Of a stretch of DNA of 64,000 bases, positions 8,878 through 18,571 are shown one piece after another (position 1 is the first letter of the stretch; every line of letters begins with the position of its first letter). The translations under genes and the position numbers were made by a program. The notes under the pieces were generated by a model, which saw only the letters and a program-made list of their open reading frames with translations, was not told where the DNA came from and did no database searches. The DNA comes from an uncultured virus (IMG/VR IMGVR_UViG_3300009176_000004) (lineage: Duplodnaviria > Heunggongvirae > Uroviricota > Caudoviricetes), in IMG/VR virus record IMGVR_UViG_3300009176_000004. One strand, written 5' to 3'.

Positions 8878-9260
8878 TCAATTGGCTGCCGATTGCGCAG
8901 AAGCTGGGCTATGACAGCGCCCGTGACATGTGGCTCGATCTCTATGTCACAAGGCAGATCTCAATCGACAAGCTGACGGAAAAGCTGGACGTGTCGCGCA
9001 ACACCGTCAGAGACGCTCTTGATCGGGAACAGATCCCGATCAGGAAGAGAGGGGGACCGAACCATCAGAAGTTCGAGGTGACGGACGAGCTCATCGCTCA
9101 CGTGAAGGAGCTCGGCATTGGACCCGTCGCGAAGGAGCTAGGCGTCGCGTATACTACGCTCTACAAGAGGCTGTTCCAGACGAGACCGCGGCCGGCGGAA
9201 CCGGCAGAGCCTGATCCGGCGGAAGAAGAGGAAGGAAGTCCATGTTCAAGAACATCCTGA
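8874..9260 (+). CDS. HTH DNA-binding protein (two HTH-like segments)
   Basis: 'SIDKLTEKLDVSRNTVRDAL' and 'GPVAKELGVAYTTLYKRL'. Confidence 0.7.
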   Translation: MINWLPIAQKLGYDSARDMWLDLYVTRQISIDKLTEKLDVSRNTVRDALDREQIPIRKRGGPNHQKFEVTDELIAHVKELGIGPVAKELGVAYTTLYKRLFQTRPRPAEPAEPDPAEEEEGSPCSRTS

Positions 9261-9439
9261 TTCGTCTCGTGTACGCTGCGATCTGCGCGTTCCTGATCTT
9301 GCTCATTCTGCCGCTGTTCCTCGACGTCATTGGCTTCGGGGCTCCGGCAGGACAGCTACTCGCGCTGCTGAGACTGAGCGTCGCCTGTCTCGCACTCGTC
9401 TACGTCATCTGGGGTCCGCCTCCGCCAACGCCCTGGTAG
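9242..9439 (+). CDS. small two-TM membrane protein
   Basis: two hydrophobic stretches, GGAAG RBS. Confidence 0.6.
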   Translation: MFKNILIRLVYAAICAFLILLILPLFLDVIGFGAPAGQLLALLRLSVACLALVYVIWGPPPPTPW

Positions 9440-9455
9440 GCCGAAGCCCTAACAT

Positions 9456-9535
9456 CGGGGCTGACGGGAGTCCCATTCATAGGGGGAGGCAACCCCTACG
9501 ATCCGGCGAAGGAGGGACGCCCGTCAGGTTCCCGA
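9456..9535. ncRNA. candidate structured RNA / bidirectional terminator (three-way junction) between convergent operons
   Basis: TCGGG..CTGACGGG.GTCCC pairs with GGGAC.CCCGTCAG..CCCGA, enclosing hairpins TAGGGG/CCCCTA and TCC/GGA. Confidence 0.45.
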
Positions 9536-9560
9536 CTCGGCACGGGCCGATCTCAAGCTG

Positions 9561-9743
9561 CTATTCTTTCGGTCTCGGTCTTCCCGGCAGCTTCACAGGC
9601 CTTCCTGGCGGTGCCGGCCGCTCTGGAATGACACTCGGTTCTTCGACCGCAGGCGGCGGAACGACGGGCGTCTCCGGAGTCGACGGTTCAACGGGAACCG
9701 TCGGCGGAGTATCTACTTCCGTCTCTCGGTATTCTTTCGGCAT
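9561..9743 (-). CDS. small proline-rich protein
   Basis: last ORF of the late operon, AGGAG RBS, coupled to upstream gene. Confidence 0.55.
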   Translation of the reverse strand: MPKEYRETEVDTPPTVPVEPSTPETPVVPPPAVEEPSVIPERPAPPGRPVKLPGRPRPKE

Positions 9744-10024
9744 CACGTACTCCTGTCAGCGCGTTGCAAGCGGCGACGGCCCTCTTCACCCGGTAGAGCG
9801 ACCGACTGCGGCTCCTCAAAGCCGGGCGGTAACTCGATCCCCTCTTTCCGCATCAGCGTGACGGCGATCATTCGCCAGTCATCGCGCTCCCGCGCGAGCT
9901 CCGTCGTCAACGCTCGGACGCCGGGGCTCCAGTACCACCACCCCTTGTGTCCGGTGTAGATGACGATGAGCAGTACGGCGACGACCGCAGCTTGCTGCCA
10001 GACGTCGAGGATCGAGTTAGGCAC
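9743..10024 (-). CDS. single-TM membrane protein, possible holin/lysis accessory
   Basis: N-terminal TM 'AAVVAVLLIVIY' followed by 'LARERDDWR' coiled segment, at the end of the late operon. Confidence 0.5.
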   Translation of the reverse strand: MPNSILDVWQQAAVVAVLLIVIYTGHKGWWYWSPGVRALTTELARERDDWRMIAVTLMRKEGIELPPGFEEPQSVALPGEEGRRRLQRADRST

Positions 10025-10035
10025 GGTGCTTCGCT

Positions 10036-10590
10036 CTACTTCACGGGCTCCGGCGCAGGCTCAGTCGTCGGAGGCGGCTCCGTCGTCGGCGGCTCCGTGC
10101 TCGTCGGCGGCTTCGGTACCATGCTCGCCGGAAGGATTACGTAGCCGATGCCCGGCACGAAGACCGCGACGAGCGGAATCGGGACGAACGCGGCCGGCGG
10201 CATCGGATATGCTGGCTGTCCGCCACCTGTCGGCGGTTCGACCGGAGGCGTCGTTCCGACCGGCGGCAACGTGTTATCGGGATGCGGCTGCCAGCCACCC
10301 GCCCACGGCGGGAGCTGGATCGGGTTCGTCGGGAACGCTGGATCCCACGGCCGCGGTGGCTGCGTCGGCGGCCGCACTCCGCCACTTCCCCATCCCGGCA
10401 TTCCCGGCAGCATGATCGGATGTGACGGATGCGGGCCGGGCCAGATGACCGGCGGGAAGCCTCCGCCACCAGGTACCTGCGCCCACGGCGGGCTGTAGCC
10501 TGGATCGACAGGACCCGTCGGCGGCTGTACAGGAGGCGTTCCGCCCCCTTCGTCGAGGAACGTGATCAGTGCGAGACGACTCTGTGACAT
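10036..10590 (-). CDS. proline/glycine-rich protein with PxHPI/PTNPI repeats
   Basis: 'PVDPGY', 'HPSHPI', 'PTNPI', 'HPDNTLP' repeats; AAGGA RBS. Confidence 0.75.
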   Translation of the reverse strand: MSQSRLALITFLDEGGGTPPVQPPTGPVDPGYSPPWAQVPGGGGFPPVIWPGPHPSHPIMLPGMPGWGSGGVRPPTQPPRPWDPAFPTNPIQLPPWAGGWQPHPDNTLPPVGTTPPVEPPTGGGQPAYPMPPAAFVPIPLVAVFVPGIGYVILPASMVPKPPTSTEPPTTEPPPTTEPAPEPVK

Positions 10591-10595
10591 TGTCC

Positions 10596-11414
10596 TTACT
10601 CCTTCTTCCTACGACTTCCACGAAAGACACGCCAGGACTCCCAGAGACCTGCGCGAGAGCGAGCAGTGAGCTTAAAGACCTTTCCGTCCTCTGTCGGTCC
10701 TCCATTCTCTGCGCTGAGGAATTTGCCATTGTCTCTGATGCGTAGCGTCTCGCCGGACGCACGTAGCGAGATCATGTCGCCGTAGTGGACACTGTTCGCA
10801 ACGGCCGCATCGATCATCGCTTGGACTTCGTCAAGCGACACGCCAGGACTTCCCGGTTCTCCTTGCGGGCCCTTCGGTCCTGACGGTCCGACTGGACCCA
10901 TTGCTCCCTGAGGGCCTGTGGCTCCCGTATCACCGTCAGGCCCTCTCTGCCCTGTATCTCCCTTCGGACCTTCAGCTCCTGACGGACCGACGGGCCCTGC
11001 AGGACCCTTCGGGCCAGGAGCCCCTGCGACGCCTGCAGGTCCTTGCTCTCCTCTCGGACCAGAAGTTCCTGGCGCACCCTGAGGCCCCATCGGTCCGAGA
11101 GGACCAGACTCTCCGTCATCGCCTTTCGGTCCAGGAGGCCCCTGCTCTCCAGGAGGACCTATTGCGTACTCGCCCGGAGGCCCTTGACGACCCATCGGGC
11201 CTTCGGCACCCGTGTCACCCTTCGGACCTGCCGGACCAGTCGGACCTGCTGGCCCCGTCTCTCCCTGAGGACCCGCAGGACCAGGAGGTCCCTGCGCGCC
11301 GGGTGGACCAGGTACGCCGCCAGGGGCACGTGCAAGTACTCCATGCACCGGACACTCGAGGATGCCGTAGACAACGTCGTTCTTCGGATCGCCGGGACAT
11401 GCGCAGGTGGGCAT
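10596..11414 (-). CDS. collagen triple-helix repeat protein
   Basis: about 50 Gly-X-Y triplets (with one interruption); N-terminal CxC...CxxH; C-terminal fascin-like '[10 protein letters not shown]...WESW'. Confidence 0.9.
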   Translation of the reverse strand: MPTCACPGDPKNDVVYGILECPVHGVLARAPGGVPGPPGAQGPPGPAGPQGETGPAGPTGPAGPKGDTGAEGPMGRQGPPGEYAIGPPGEQGPPGPKGDDGESGPLGPMGPQGAPGTSGPRGEQGPAGVAGAPGPKGPAGPVGPSGAEGPKGDTGQRGPDGDTGATGPQGAMGPVGPSGPKGPQGEPGSPGVSLDEVQAMIDAAVANSVHYGDMISLRASGETLRIRDNGKFLSAENGGPTEDGKVFKLTARSRAGLWESWRVFRGSRRKKE

Positions 11415-13933
11415 TACTTCCTCCGCGCGATGGCGACGACGCCTGGATGCTCAGTCGTCACGTGGAAGTCCTTCGTGAACGTCTCGAGCACTTGTCCGCT
11501 CACGGGATGATAGAGCTTCCCGTCACAGCTTCCGCTCTGCAGCGTGAACGTCGTGTTCTGTATGACGCCGCCCACCGGGTGAATGATCAGCCCATTCGCT
11601 TCGGCCGAGTACGCACACGTAAACTGCTCTTCCGGCGTATCGTGGAACCTGAACGGTGCGTTGCTCGCGTTGCTCTGGAACTTGCTGAAGTTCGGGAGGT
11701 CCGGCGGCAGTAGCGCTCTCACGGTCAAGATGCCGTTGCAGATCGCGTCGATGTTCACGGTCTCCCAGAGGTTCGCCGGACGATCGTCTTCCGGACCGCT
11801 TCCTCTCGGATCTCCTGTGCCGTGAATGCCCGCGCCCGTGTGCAGGAGATACATGCCCACACCGCACTGCCAGCTGACGACGGCGTCCATCGCGAGGAGC
11901 AACGGATCGTTGGTCTCAGTTCCGGAGGACTCTGGCCCCCGAGGCTCGTTGTTCGAGCAAAGCTGGCAGCAACCGTCCACTGAGAAATGGGATTCCCGCC
12001 AGGGCTTACGAGTCGGTCGCCAGAGTCCATCCGGAGCTTTCGTCGAGCGGCTGAAATGCAGGGTCTGACAGGTTGCCGCAGGACAGTTCTGATAGTACTT
12101 CTTGATCATGTCCGGCGTGATGTCGTCGGTCGCCTGAGGGCACGTCGTGGCGATGAGAACGTTCGGCAGGTGCGAGCGGACACGCGCGGCGAGGTCCTTG
12201 AGCTCCTTCGCACCGCTGTCGCCAGAGAAGCCGTTCTGCCAGCCCTCATTGGCGATCTCGATCATCTGAACTTTGTGCTCTTTGCCCTTCAGTGCCTCGC
12301 ACAGGAGGTCCACTGCACGCTGACGGTCAGAGACAGAGGGTGCGTCGTACGTCGCGCCGAAGATGGTCCACATCGTGCGTGGAGCTTTCGAGTAGTTGTA
12401 GTCGGTGAGCTCAGAGATCGTCGACTGGAAGGCCGGATCCTTCGGACTGACGCTTCGCTCGTTCGCTCCGATCTTCAGACCCGTCGCCATGACGCGAAGG
12501 TAATCGATCTTCTTCCCGGCAGCCCAGTCGACGTTCTGCTTCGTGCGATCGCGCTCGCGGAGCCAACCGCCAGCGCCCCAGAAGAGCGACGTGCCCCACG
12601 GCAGCCATGGACCCGTATCATCGACGACTGAGAAGTGGTTCGCACGCGGGATGCCTTTGCGCGCGACGCCTGTCGTCGGCGGTTCGACTGGAGGCTCGAT
12701 CGGAGGGATAGGAGGCTCGACAGGCGGAGTGACGACTGCGCGCACTTCGATCACACGCGACGTCGCACTCGACTCATCGAGGACCTTCCCATCCTTATCG
12801 ATGCACTGGATCCGGATCGGGAACTTGCCCTCGCCGGCAGGGAAGACGTTCTGCCACGGCGGGTTGTCGCGGTTGAACGTGTGGTCAGTATCGTTCGGGA
12901 AGTTCTCGGCCGCCGTCTCCCACTTCTGTGTCAGCACGTTCGCTCGCCAGAGCCAACGGACCTTGTAGGGCATTCCCTGCGTGATCTTCATCGTTGAACG
13001 GGACGTTCCACCGACGACGATCGGCGACTCGAACGTCTCTATCGTCGCCTTCGGAGGCTTCGGCGTCGGCGCGGGCTCAGGCTTCGGCGGCACGCTATGA
13101 TCAGACACTGGTTCCATCCTTGTATCAGCGGGAACGTCGTTCAGTGTCAGACGACCCTTGTCCGTGCACGTCGCGACGAGGAACTTCGTTCCGAGTGAGA
13201 CGACGGAGCATTCGACGGCACCGCCTGGAATGACGATAGCGCGGTCGCGAACGCCAAGTGGTCGCAAGTACGTACCGTAGTCGTCGGTCGTCGCGAGCCA
13301 GACACTGTTCAAGTGGAGGAAGGCGAGCGGCGGACTCTCGACGCGATTCGGCGTGACGCCCACTTCCATCTCTTGGCCTGTCGGCGTGTTTAGCCAGGAC
13401 GGTCCGGAGTAGCCGTAGCCCACGTAGCCACGTGCTCCGCAGAGGAAGCGGTTCGTCGCATGCGCTGTCTTGATCTCACGCTGGACCTGTCCGGACTTCC
13501 AGACGACTAGGTGCCCGTCAGAGACCGAGTAGCAGACGACGCCTTCATCTCCGACTGTCGCGGCGTAGCCTGCCGCTATGTTCACCGGATGCCCGTAGGC
13601 ATCGCCCCGCCAGATCTTCTTGGTGTTGCCGAAGGCCCAGACCTCACCACCGACGCCGATGAAGTTCCCGCTCTGTGCGAGGCGGACGGGCGCGGCGAAG
13701 CTTGGCGCATCGATGCGGTAGAGGCCGTTGTCATTCGCGACGAGGGCCTGCTTCTCGTTGAACCAGCCCTGCGAGATGTAACGCGTGCCGGCCGTTCCGA
13801 CCTGAACGACGTGCTTCGTCGCGATCTCCACGACACGGCCGATCGCGTTGCCGCAGAGTAAGTACTTTCCGTCCGGACTGATTCTTGGCCACCAGCCGTC
13901 AGCGAACGGCGGAGTCCATGGCGTGATTGACAT
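11414..13933 (-). CDS. multidomain protein: beta-propeller-like N-terminus, Pro linkers, C-terminal clan GH-A-like glycoside hydrolase TIM barrel
   Basis: 'WPRISPDG' propeller start; 'IDYLRV', 'IEIANEG' and 'NNEP' resemble GH-A acid/base and nucleophile strands. Confidence 0.6.
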   Translation of the reverse strand: MSITPWTPPFADGWWPRISPDGKYLLCGNAIGRVVEIATKHVVQVGTAGTRYISQGWFNEKQALVANDNGLYRIDAPSFAAPVRLAQSGNFIGVGGEVWAFGNTKKIWRGDAYGHPVNIAAGYAATVGDEGVVCYSVSDGHLVVWKSGQVQREIKTAHATNRFLCGARGYVGYGYSGPSWLNTPTGQEMEVGVTPNRVESPPLAFLHLNSVWLATTDDYGTYLRPLGVRDRAIVIPGGAVECSVVSLGTKFLVATCTDKGRLTLNDVPADTRMEPVSDHSVPPKPEPAPTPKPPKATIETFESPIVVGGTSRSTMKITQGMPYKVRWLWRANVLTQKWETAAENFPNDTDHTFNRDNPPWQNVFPAGEGKFPIRIQCIDKDGKVLDESSATSRVIEVRAVVTPPVEPPIPPIEPPVEPPTTGVARKGIPRANHFSVVDDTGPWLPWGTSLFWGAGGWLRERDRTKQNVDWAAGKKIDYLRVMATGLKIGANERSVSPKDPAFQSTISELTDYNYSKAPRTMWTIFGATYDAPSVSDRQRAVDLLCEALKGKEHKVQMIEIANEGWQNGFSGDSGAKELKDLAARVRSHLPNVLIATTCPQATDDITPDMIKKYYQNCPAATCQTLHFSRSTKAPDGLWRPTRKPWRESHFSVDGCCQLCSNNEPRGPESSGTETNDPLLLAMDAVVSWQCGVGMYLLHTGAGIHGTGDPRGSGPEDDRPANLWETVNIDAICNGILTVRALLPPDLPNFSKFQSNASNAPFRFHDTPEEQFTCAYSAEANGLIIHPVGGVIQNTTFTLQSGSCDGKLYHPVSGQVLETFTKDFHVTTEHPGVVAIARRK

Positions 13934-13959
13934 TTGATGTGCCTCTCATCTTTCTGTCG

Positions 13960-14361
13960 TTAAGTCTTTGCTGCGGCAGGCTCTGCAACCTGGTTCGCAG
14001 CGGTGAACGTAAGCGTACCCCATTCTAAGACCGTCTCTGCGTCCGTGTCAGTCCTCTTCAGGCTGTGGAAGTAGGGCGTAGCCGGCTTCGGCTTCCAGTC
14101 GCCTGACCAGTCCGTCACTGCGGCCGGAATCGTGACGTCGACCTTACGCGCTGCAGCGTCTATGACTTTGAGCTTCCCGTTCGCTTCGTTCGCTTCGTAG
14201 AGAACTGCTTCCGTACTGCCGGCCGTTAGACCCTTCTCTGTCGCTGTGATGATGAAGCGCAACGTCCAACCGGCAATGGTGCCCGAGCCGATGATCGTGA
14301 AGCCGAGGACCTTATCCTCGCCGCGGAAGAAGTCCGTCGTAATATCGTTCCTGATCGCCAT
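13960..14361 (-). CDS. small beta-rich virion/tail protein (BppU N-terminal-like)
   Basis: 'FFRGEDKVLGFTI...GWTLRF' pattern; GGAG RBS. Confidence 0.6.
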   Translation of the reverse strand: MAIRNDITTDFFRGEDKVLGFTIIGSGTIAGWTLRFIITATEKGLTAGSTEAVLYEANEANGKLKVIDAAARKVDVTIPAAVTDWSGDWKPKPATPYFHSLKRTDTDAETVLEWGTLTFTAANQVAEPAAAKT

Positions 14362-14369
14362 GTGCTCTC

Positions 14370-17300
14370 CTATGCAGCGCGCGTAGCGATGCCTGTGACG
14401 TTCCCTTGCAGCTCGAAGCGGGGCACCTCACTTCCCGTGAGCGTGAACGAAGTTACTTCGCTCCCCGTAAGCTCGATGCGAGTTGTCGCTGAGGCCGTGA
14501 GCTCGAACCGCGCGACAGCCGACGCCTGTCCTTCGAATCGGGAGACTGAAGATGCTTGTGCCATGATGCGCGTGACCTCACTGCCCTGCAGCTCGAGCCG
14601 GCTCTGAATGGGCTCGTAGACCATACCGGGAAAGACCTTGACCGTCGAGTCGATCGTGCCCCCTTCGATCGACGTCTCCTCAGAGACGGCGACGTCAGGC
14701 GGTCCGTAGAGCGGGCTCCCAACGATCGTAGCGCCGACGACGAACGTCTCTGTCCAGAGCGTCGGGGCGTTCAGAATTCCAGCCGACTCGATGCCCGCAG
14801 CGCCTACGTACGTGAGCGTGTCTACGCGCAGCGCGAAGAGCTGGGTCGTCGACAGGCGTGTTGCGCCTGTGACGAAGGCGACAGCGGCAGTCGCCGGAGC
14901 GAAGCACTGTACCGTGCTTGTGCGCGAGGGGCCGGTTACGAACTGTATCGCGAGCGCAACGCGTGGACTGAAGAGCTGTACGCCTGATGCGAGCGGTGCT
15001 GTCGCGACCGCCCCGTCGGGCAAAAGCGTAGGCGTGAAGACTTGGCCCGTTGAAGGCCGGAATGGCCCAGTCACGGTCGCAGGGCCAACGGTCACGCTCA
15101 CTGGGAAGAGCTGCGCTGTTGAAGGACGCGTGCCGCAAGAGATGTTGATTGCGACGGCAGGAGCGAAGCAAGCACTGCCGCTCGGGATCGTTGCGCCCGT
15201 CGTGAGTGCGGTCAGGGTCGGGACGAAGAGCGTAGCCGTGCTCGGCCGCGGGCCCGTGACTACGCCTGCAGCGCCTACGGCAACGAGTGGAGCGAAGCAC
15301 TGCGACGTCGATGCAATGCGCGCGCCGACGACTTGCACTGCTGCAGGCAACGCTGCAGGCGGGAAGAGCAGGACTGTCGAGTCTCGTGTTCCCGCGAGAA
15401 CGTTCAATGAAACAGAGAGAACGTACACAGTGCTCGTACTCGGTATCGTCGCGCCTGTCGCGAGTGACGTGAGCGCCGGAGCGAAGACCGTGCTCGTGCT
15501 CGGCAGCGCGGCGACGACGATCGTTACGGCACCGGGTGCAAGTGTGGGTGCGAAGAGCGAGCCTGCGTTCGAGATGCTCGGGACCGTAACGACGACTGCA
15601 CCGGCTCCCAGCGAAGCTGGGAAGAGCTGGGCCGTCGACAGCCGCGTTGCTGCAAGTATGTCGACAGAGCCGGTCGCAAGTGACGGTGCGAAGACAAGCG
15701 CCTGACTCGCTAGGCCTGGTACGAGCATCCCGATCGCACCCGTCGAGACGAGCGGAGTGAAGCACTGTCCTGTCGATGGGATTGTGCCCCCTGTAACCGG
15801 AGCAGGGCCAGGCTGGACGGTTGCCGGGAAGAGCTGCAGAGTCGATGCGCGGGCGACTGTGACGACTGTCTGCGCGACGGCTGGTGCGAAGCAAGCCGAG
15901 CTACTCGGGACCGTTGCACCTGAGACGAACAGCGAAACAGTCGGGGCGAACAGGTTCGTAGTCGACGTACACGTTGCACCGACGACTGTTACCGGACCGA
16001 CTGTAACGACAGGCGGGAAGGCCTGCGCTGCACTCGTGCACGTCGCGCCACCGATCGTAACGGACCCGGCACCGAGACTCGGTAGGAGTACTGCGGACGT
16101 CGACTGCACCGTGCCGGTAACGATTGTCACTGCTCCCGGCGTTAGCGCCGGAGCGAACAGCTGTATCGTCGAAGCTCGCGCCGCCGTACTTACGAACAGG
16201 GTCGGCGCGACGACAGGTGGGAAGAGCGAGCTCCCGCTGTTGATCGTGGCGCCGGTGAGCAGCGTAGCGACCGTCGGAACGAATAGCTGCGTAGCAGGAG
16301 ACCATGTAGGCGTGCCGATAGCGACGCCGCCCGTAGAGACGAACAGCGGGAACATCTGCACGCTGGAAGCGAGCGTGGCACCACCGATCGTGACCGGACC
16401 TACGCTTACCGAAGGCACGCGGGCCAGAGCGGCAGATGCTATCGCAGCAGTCGTTACGAAGCTCTGCGCGAGGACGGAGACAGCGAACGTCTGCGCAGTC
16501 GATGCACGTGTTCCAGTCGTCACGTTCATCGCCAGCGTAGGAGCAGCAGCGCTACTGCCAGGGCCTACGGCGGCCGTCGTTACGAACTGCGTTGGCCTAA
16601 CGGTCGGAGCGAAGGTCTGACTTCCGCTGGCGATCGTCGCGCCCGTGAGCAGGCTCGTGACGACGAGAGCGAAGAGCTGACTCGCTGCGCTACGCGTAGC
16701 TGCGAGGACGGTAACTGCGCCGACCGTAACCGCCGCTGCGAACGTCTGAGTGCTCGAAGGAACAGACGCACCGACGATCGTAACCGCCTGCGGAGCTACG
16801 CTCGGAGCCCGCGCGCTCGATGCTGAGCTAATCGTTCCCGGCGTAACAGTGACAGCGCCTACGCTCAACGATGGGGCGTAGCTCTGAGCACTCGATGCAA
16901 GACTGGCTCCGCCAATGGCAACCGCGCCCGCTCCGACGCTCGGAGCTCTCGCGTTGGACGCAGGAGAGATCGTAGCTCCACTGACCTGTCGGTCCGGCAG
17001 GCCGAGAAACGCCGAGCGCGATGCACCGCCCTGCCCAATCTTCGACCGCGCCGGCTTATACGCCTTCTCGTTCCCACTGATGCCGAGGCCGACAATCTCA
17101 GGACGGTGCAGCACCGCCTTGCTGGTGATGAATGCGGCTGCTAGGTCGTAGACGGTCGTGATCACCGGCACACGCACCTGTGTCGCGGCGACGATACGTG
17201 ACGGCGTCACGACTGCGACTGGTCCGGGCGAGATGTCCGGTTGAAGGGCGACTGCTGCTGAGGGCAGGTCTGATAGCAGAACGCTCACTGGTCCTGGCGA

Positions 17301-18218
17301 GATGGTCGTCGGTGCAAATGCACTTGCGCCTGACGGGCGTGAGGGCATTACGATCGTAACCGGTCCAGGCTCTACGTCCGGCTGGTACAGTTCGTTCGCA
17401 GGCACGATCGTCGTACCCAGCGCCACCGCGACATCGACTGCGCCGAGCCCTGCCGGAGCAAACGGCTGAGAGGTAGGAGTGATCGTCGCGCCGACGACGT
17501 TCGTCTCGGTCTTGATCTCTGCCGGAGCGAACGCTACTGCCGCGCTAGCGATGCTCGGATGGGTTATGGCAATGGCACCAGGCGTAACAGTCGGCGCAGA
17601 GACCGTAGCCGTCGTTGCACGATGTACACCGCCGACGGCCTGAACTAGCTCGGTGAAGTTGACCGTCTGAGGAATCGTGACGAACGTGTCGCCACTTGCT
17701 CCGGAGCTTGCACCGTCAATCCCGAGGTTGGCTTGCATGCCCCCGGCCATCGTGCCGTTGTTGGTGATGTAGAAGCGAATGACCAGACGTTCATCGACAG
17801 CAAACGCTGTAGCGGTCGCTGTGCCTGTCCACGTATACAGGGCGACTGGCGTCGCACCAATCTTCGCTCCTTGATCGAACGGACCTCCAGCGACCTCAGT
17901 CTCAACACCAGCGGCGCTACGTCTGAACAGGCGAGCACGTAGCATGGTGTTGCCTGCAGTACTGCCTGTACAAGCGGCCCATGCGTTGAAGGAGATTGTC
18001 CCGCTAAGCGTGAAGCCGCCCGCAGGTACGCGACCAGTAATAAACTCTAGGACTGTACCGCCTGTCGTCCGCGTCCACTGGATCTGTGTGGCACCGGCAG
18101 CAGTATTGACCTGCTGGACGACGCTGCCGAGGCCGCTGTACGCACCGGCATCGGCGTTCCAGAAGTTACCGATGACAACGGTCCCAGCGGCACGACGGCA
18201 GATGAGCTTTGTCGCCAC
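14370..18218 (-). CDS. large Ala/Thr/Val/Ser-rich repetitive tail/fibre protein
   Basis: dozens of ~19-25 aa repeats 'GATIxSxxQxFAPxV' plus C-terminal 10-aa repeats 'RFELxGSEVT'. Confidence 0.8.
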   Translation of the reverse strand: MATKLICRRAAGTVVIGNFWNADAGAYSGLGSVVQQVNTAAGATQIQWTRTTGGTVLEFITGRVPAGGFTLSGTISFNAWAACTGSTAGNTMLRARLFRRSAAGVETEVAGGPFDQGAKIGATPVALYTWTGTATATAFAVDERLVIRFYITNNGTMAGGMQANLGIDGASSGASGDTFVTIPQTVNFTELVQAVGGVHRATTATVSAPTVTPGAIAITHPSIASAAVAFAPAEIKTETNVVGATITPTSQPFAPAGLGAVDVAVALGTTIVPANELYQPDVEPGPVTIVMPSRPSGASAFAPTTISPGPVSVLLSDLPSAAVALQPDISPGPVAVVTPSRIVAATQVRVPVITTVYDLAAAFITSKAVLHRPEIVGLGISGNEKAYKPARSKIGQGGASRSAFLGLPDRQVSGATISPASNARAPSVGAGAVAIGGASLASSAQSYAPSLSVGAVTVTPGTISSASSARAPSVAPQAVTIVGASVPSSTQTFAAAVTVGAVTVLAATRSAASQLFALVVTSLLTGATIASGSQTFAPTVRPTQFVTTAAVGPGSSAAAPTLAMNVTTGTRASTAQTFAVSVLAQSFVTTAAIASAALARVPSVSVGPVTIGGATLASSVQMFPLFVSTGGVAIGTPTWSPATQLFVPTVATLLTGATINSGSSLFPPVVAPTLFVSTAARASTIQLFAPALTPGAVTIVTGTVQSTSAVLLPSLGAGSVTIGGATCTSAAQAFPPVVTVGPVTVVGATCTSTTNLFAPTVSLFVSGATVPSSSACFAPAVAQTVVTVARASTLQLFPATVQPGPAPVTGGTIPSTGQCFTPLVSTGAIGMLVPGLASQALVFAPSLATGSVDILAATRLSTAQLFPASLGAGAVVVTVPSISNAGSLFAPTLAPGAVTIVVAALPSTSTVFAPALTSLATGATIPSTSTVYVLSVSLNVLAGTRDSTVLLFPPAALPAAVQVVGARIASTSQCFAPLVAVGAAGVVTGPRPSTATLFVPTLTALTTGATIPSGSACFAPAVAINISCGTRPSTAQLFPVSVTVGPATVTGPFRPSTGQVFTPTLLPDGAVATAPLASGVQLFSPRVALAIQFVTGPSRTSTVQCFAPATAAVAFVTGATRLSTTQLFALRVDTLTYVGAAGIESAGILNAPTLWTETFVVGATIVGSPLYGPPDVAVSEETSIEGGTIDSTVKVFPGMVYEPIQSRLELQGSEVTRIMAQASSVSRFEGQASAVARFELTASATTRIELTGSEVTSFTLTGSEVPRFELQGNVTGIATRAA

Positions 18219-18226
18219 GCGTCAGG

Positions 18227-18571
18227 TCAGGGCTTGCCGTGAAGCAGGAGCCAGTCGAGCGTCTCAAGTGCGTTCCGCACCGGAGAGCCAGACTGCCATG
18301 GGACGTTCGAGATGTAGTTGTAGAGCATGTCGATCTCACTGCCGTCGACTTCGATTGCGCCGCCCGTCAGCTGTCGCTGCGCTTCGCCGTTCACGAGTTT
18401 CTTCCCGCAGGGCATTAGCTCACTGACCGATTCGAGCTTTTCGAACAGCTGCATCTCACGACGGAGGACGGTGAGCCCTTTCTTATCGAGCAAGCTCCCG
18501 CCCAGAATGAATCCGACGAAGCAGAATTCGAAGTGCCTCTTTCCGAGCTCGTCGTCAAAGCTGAGCGTCAT
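18227..18571 (-). CDS. hypothetical protein (possible fibre chaperone)
   Basis: coupled directly downstream of the tail fibre gene. Confidence 0.65.
   Translation of the reverse strand: MTLSFDDELGKRHFEFCFVGFILGGSLLDKKGLTVLRREMQLFEKLESVSELMPCGKKLVNGEAQRQLTGGAIEVDGSEIDMLYNYISNVPWQSGSPVRNALETLDWLLLHGKP

Noticed and set aside
9465..9520. HDV-like ribozyme on the minus strand (GTCCC...GAATGGGAC)
   Set aside because: No P1 3' strand or P1.1 between P3 and P4, and T replaces the catalytic C; kept only as a generic structured RNA
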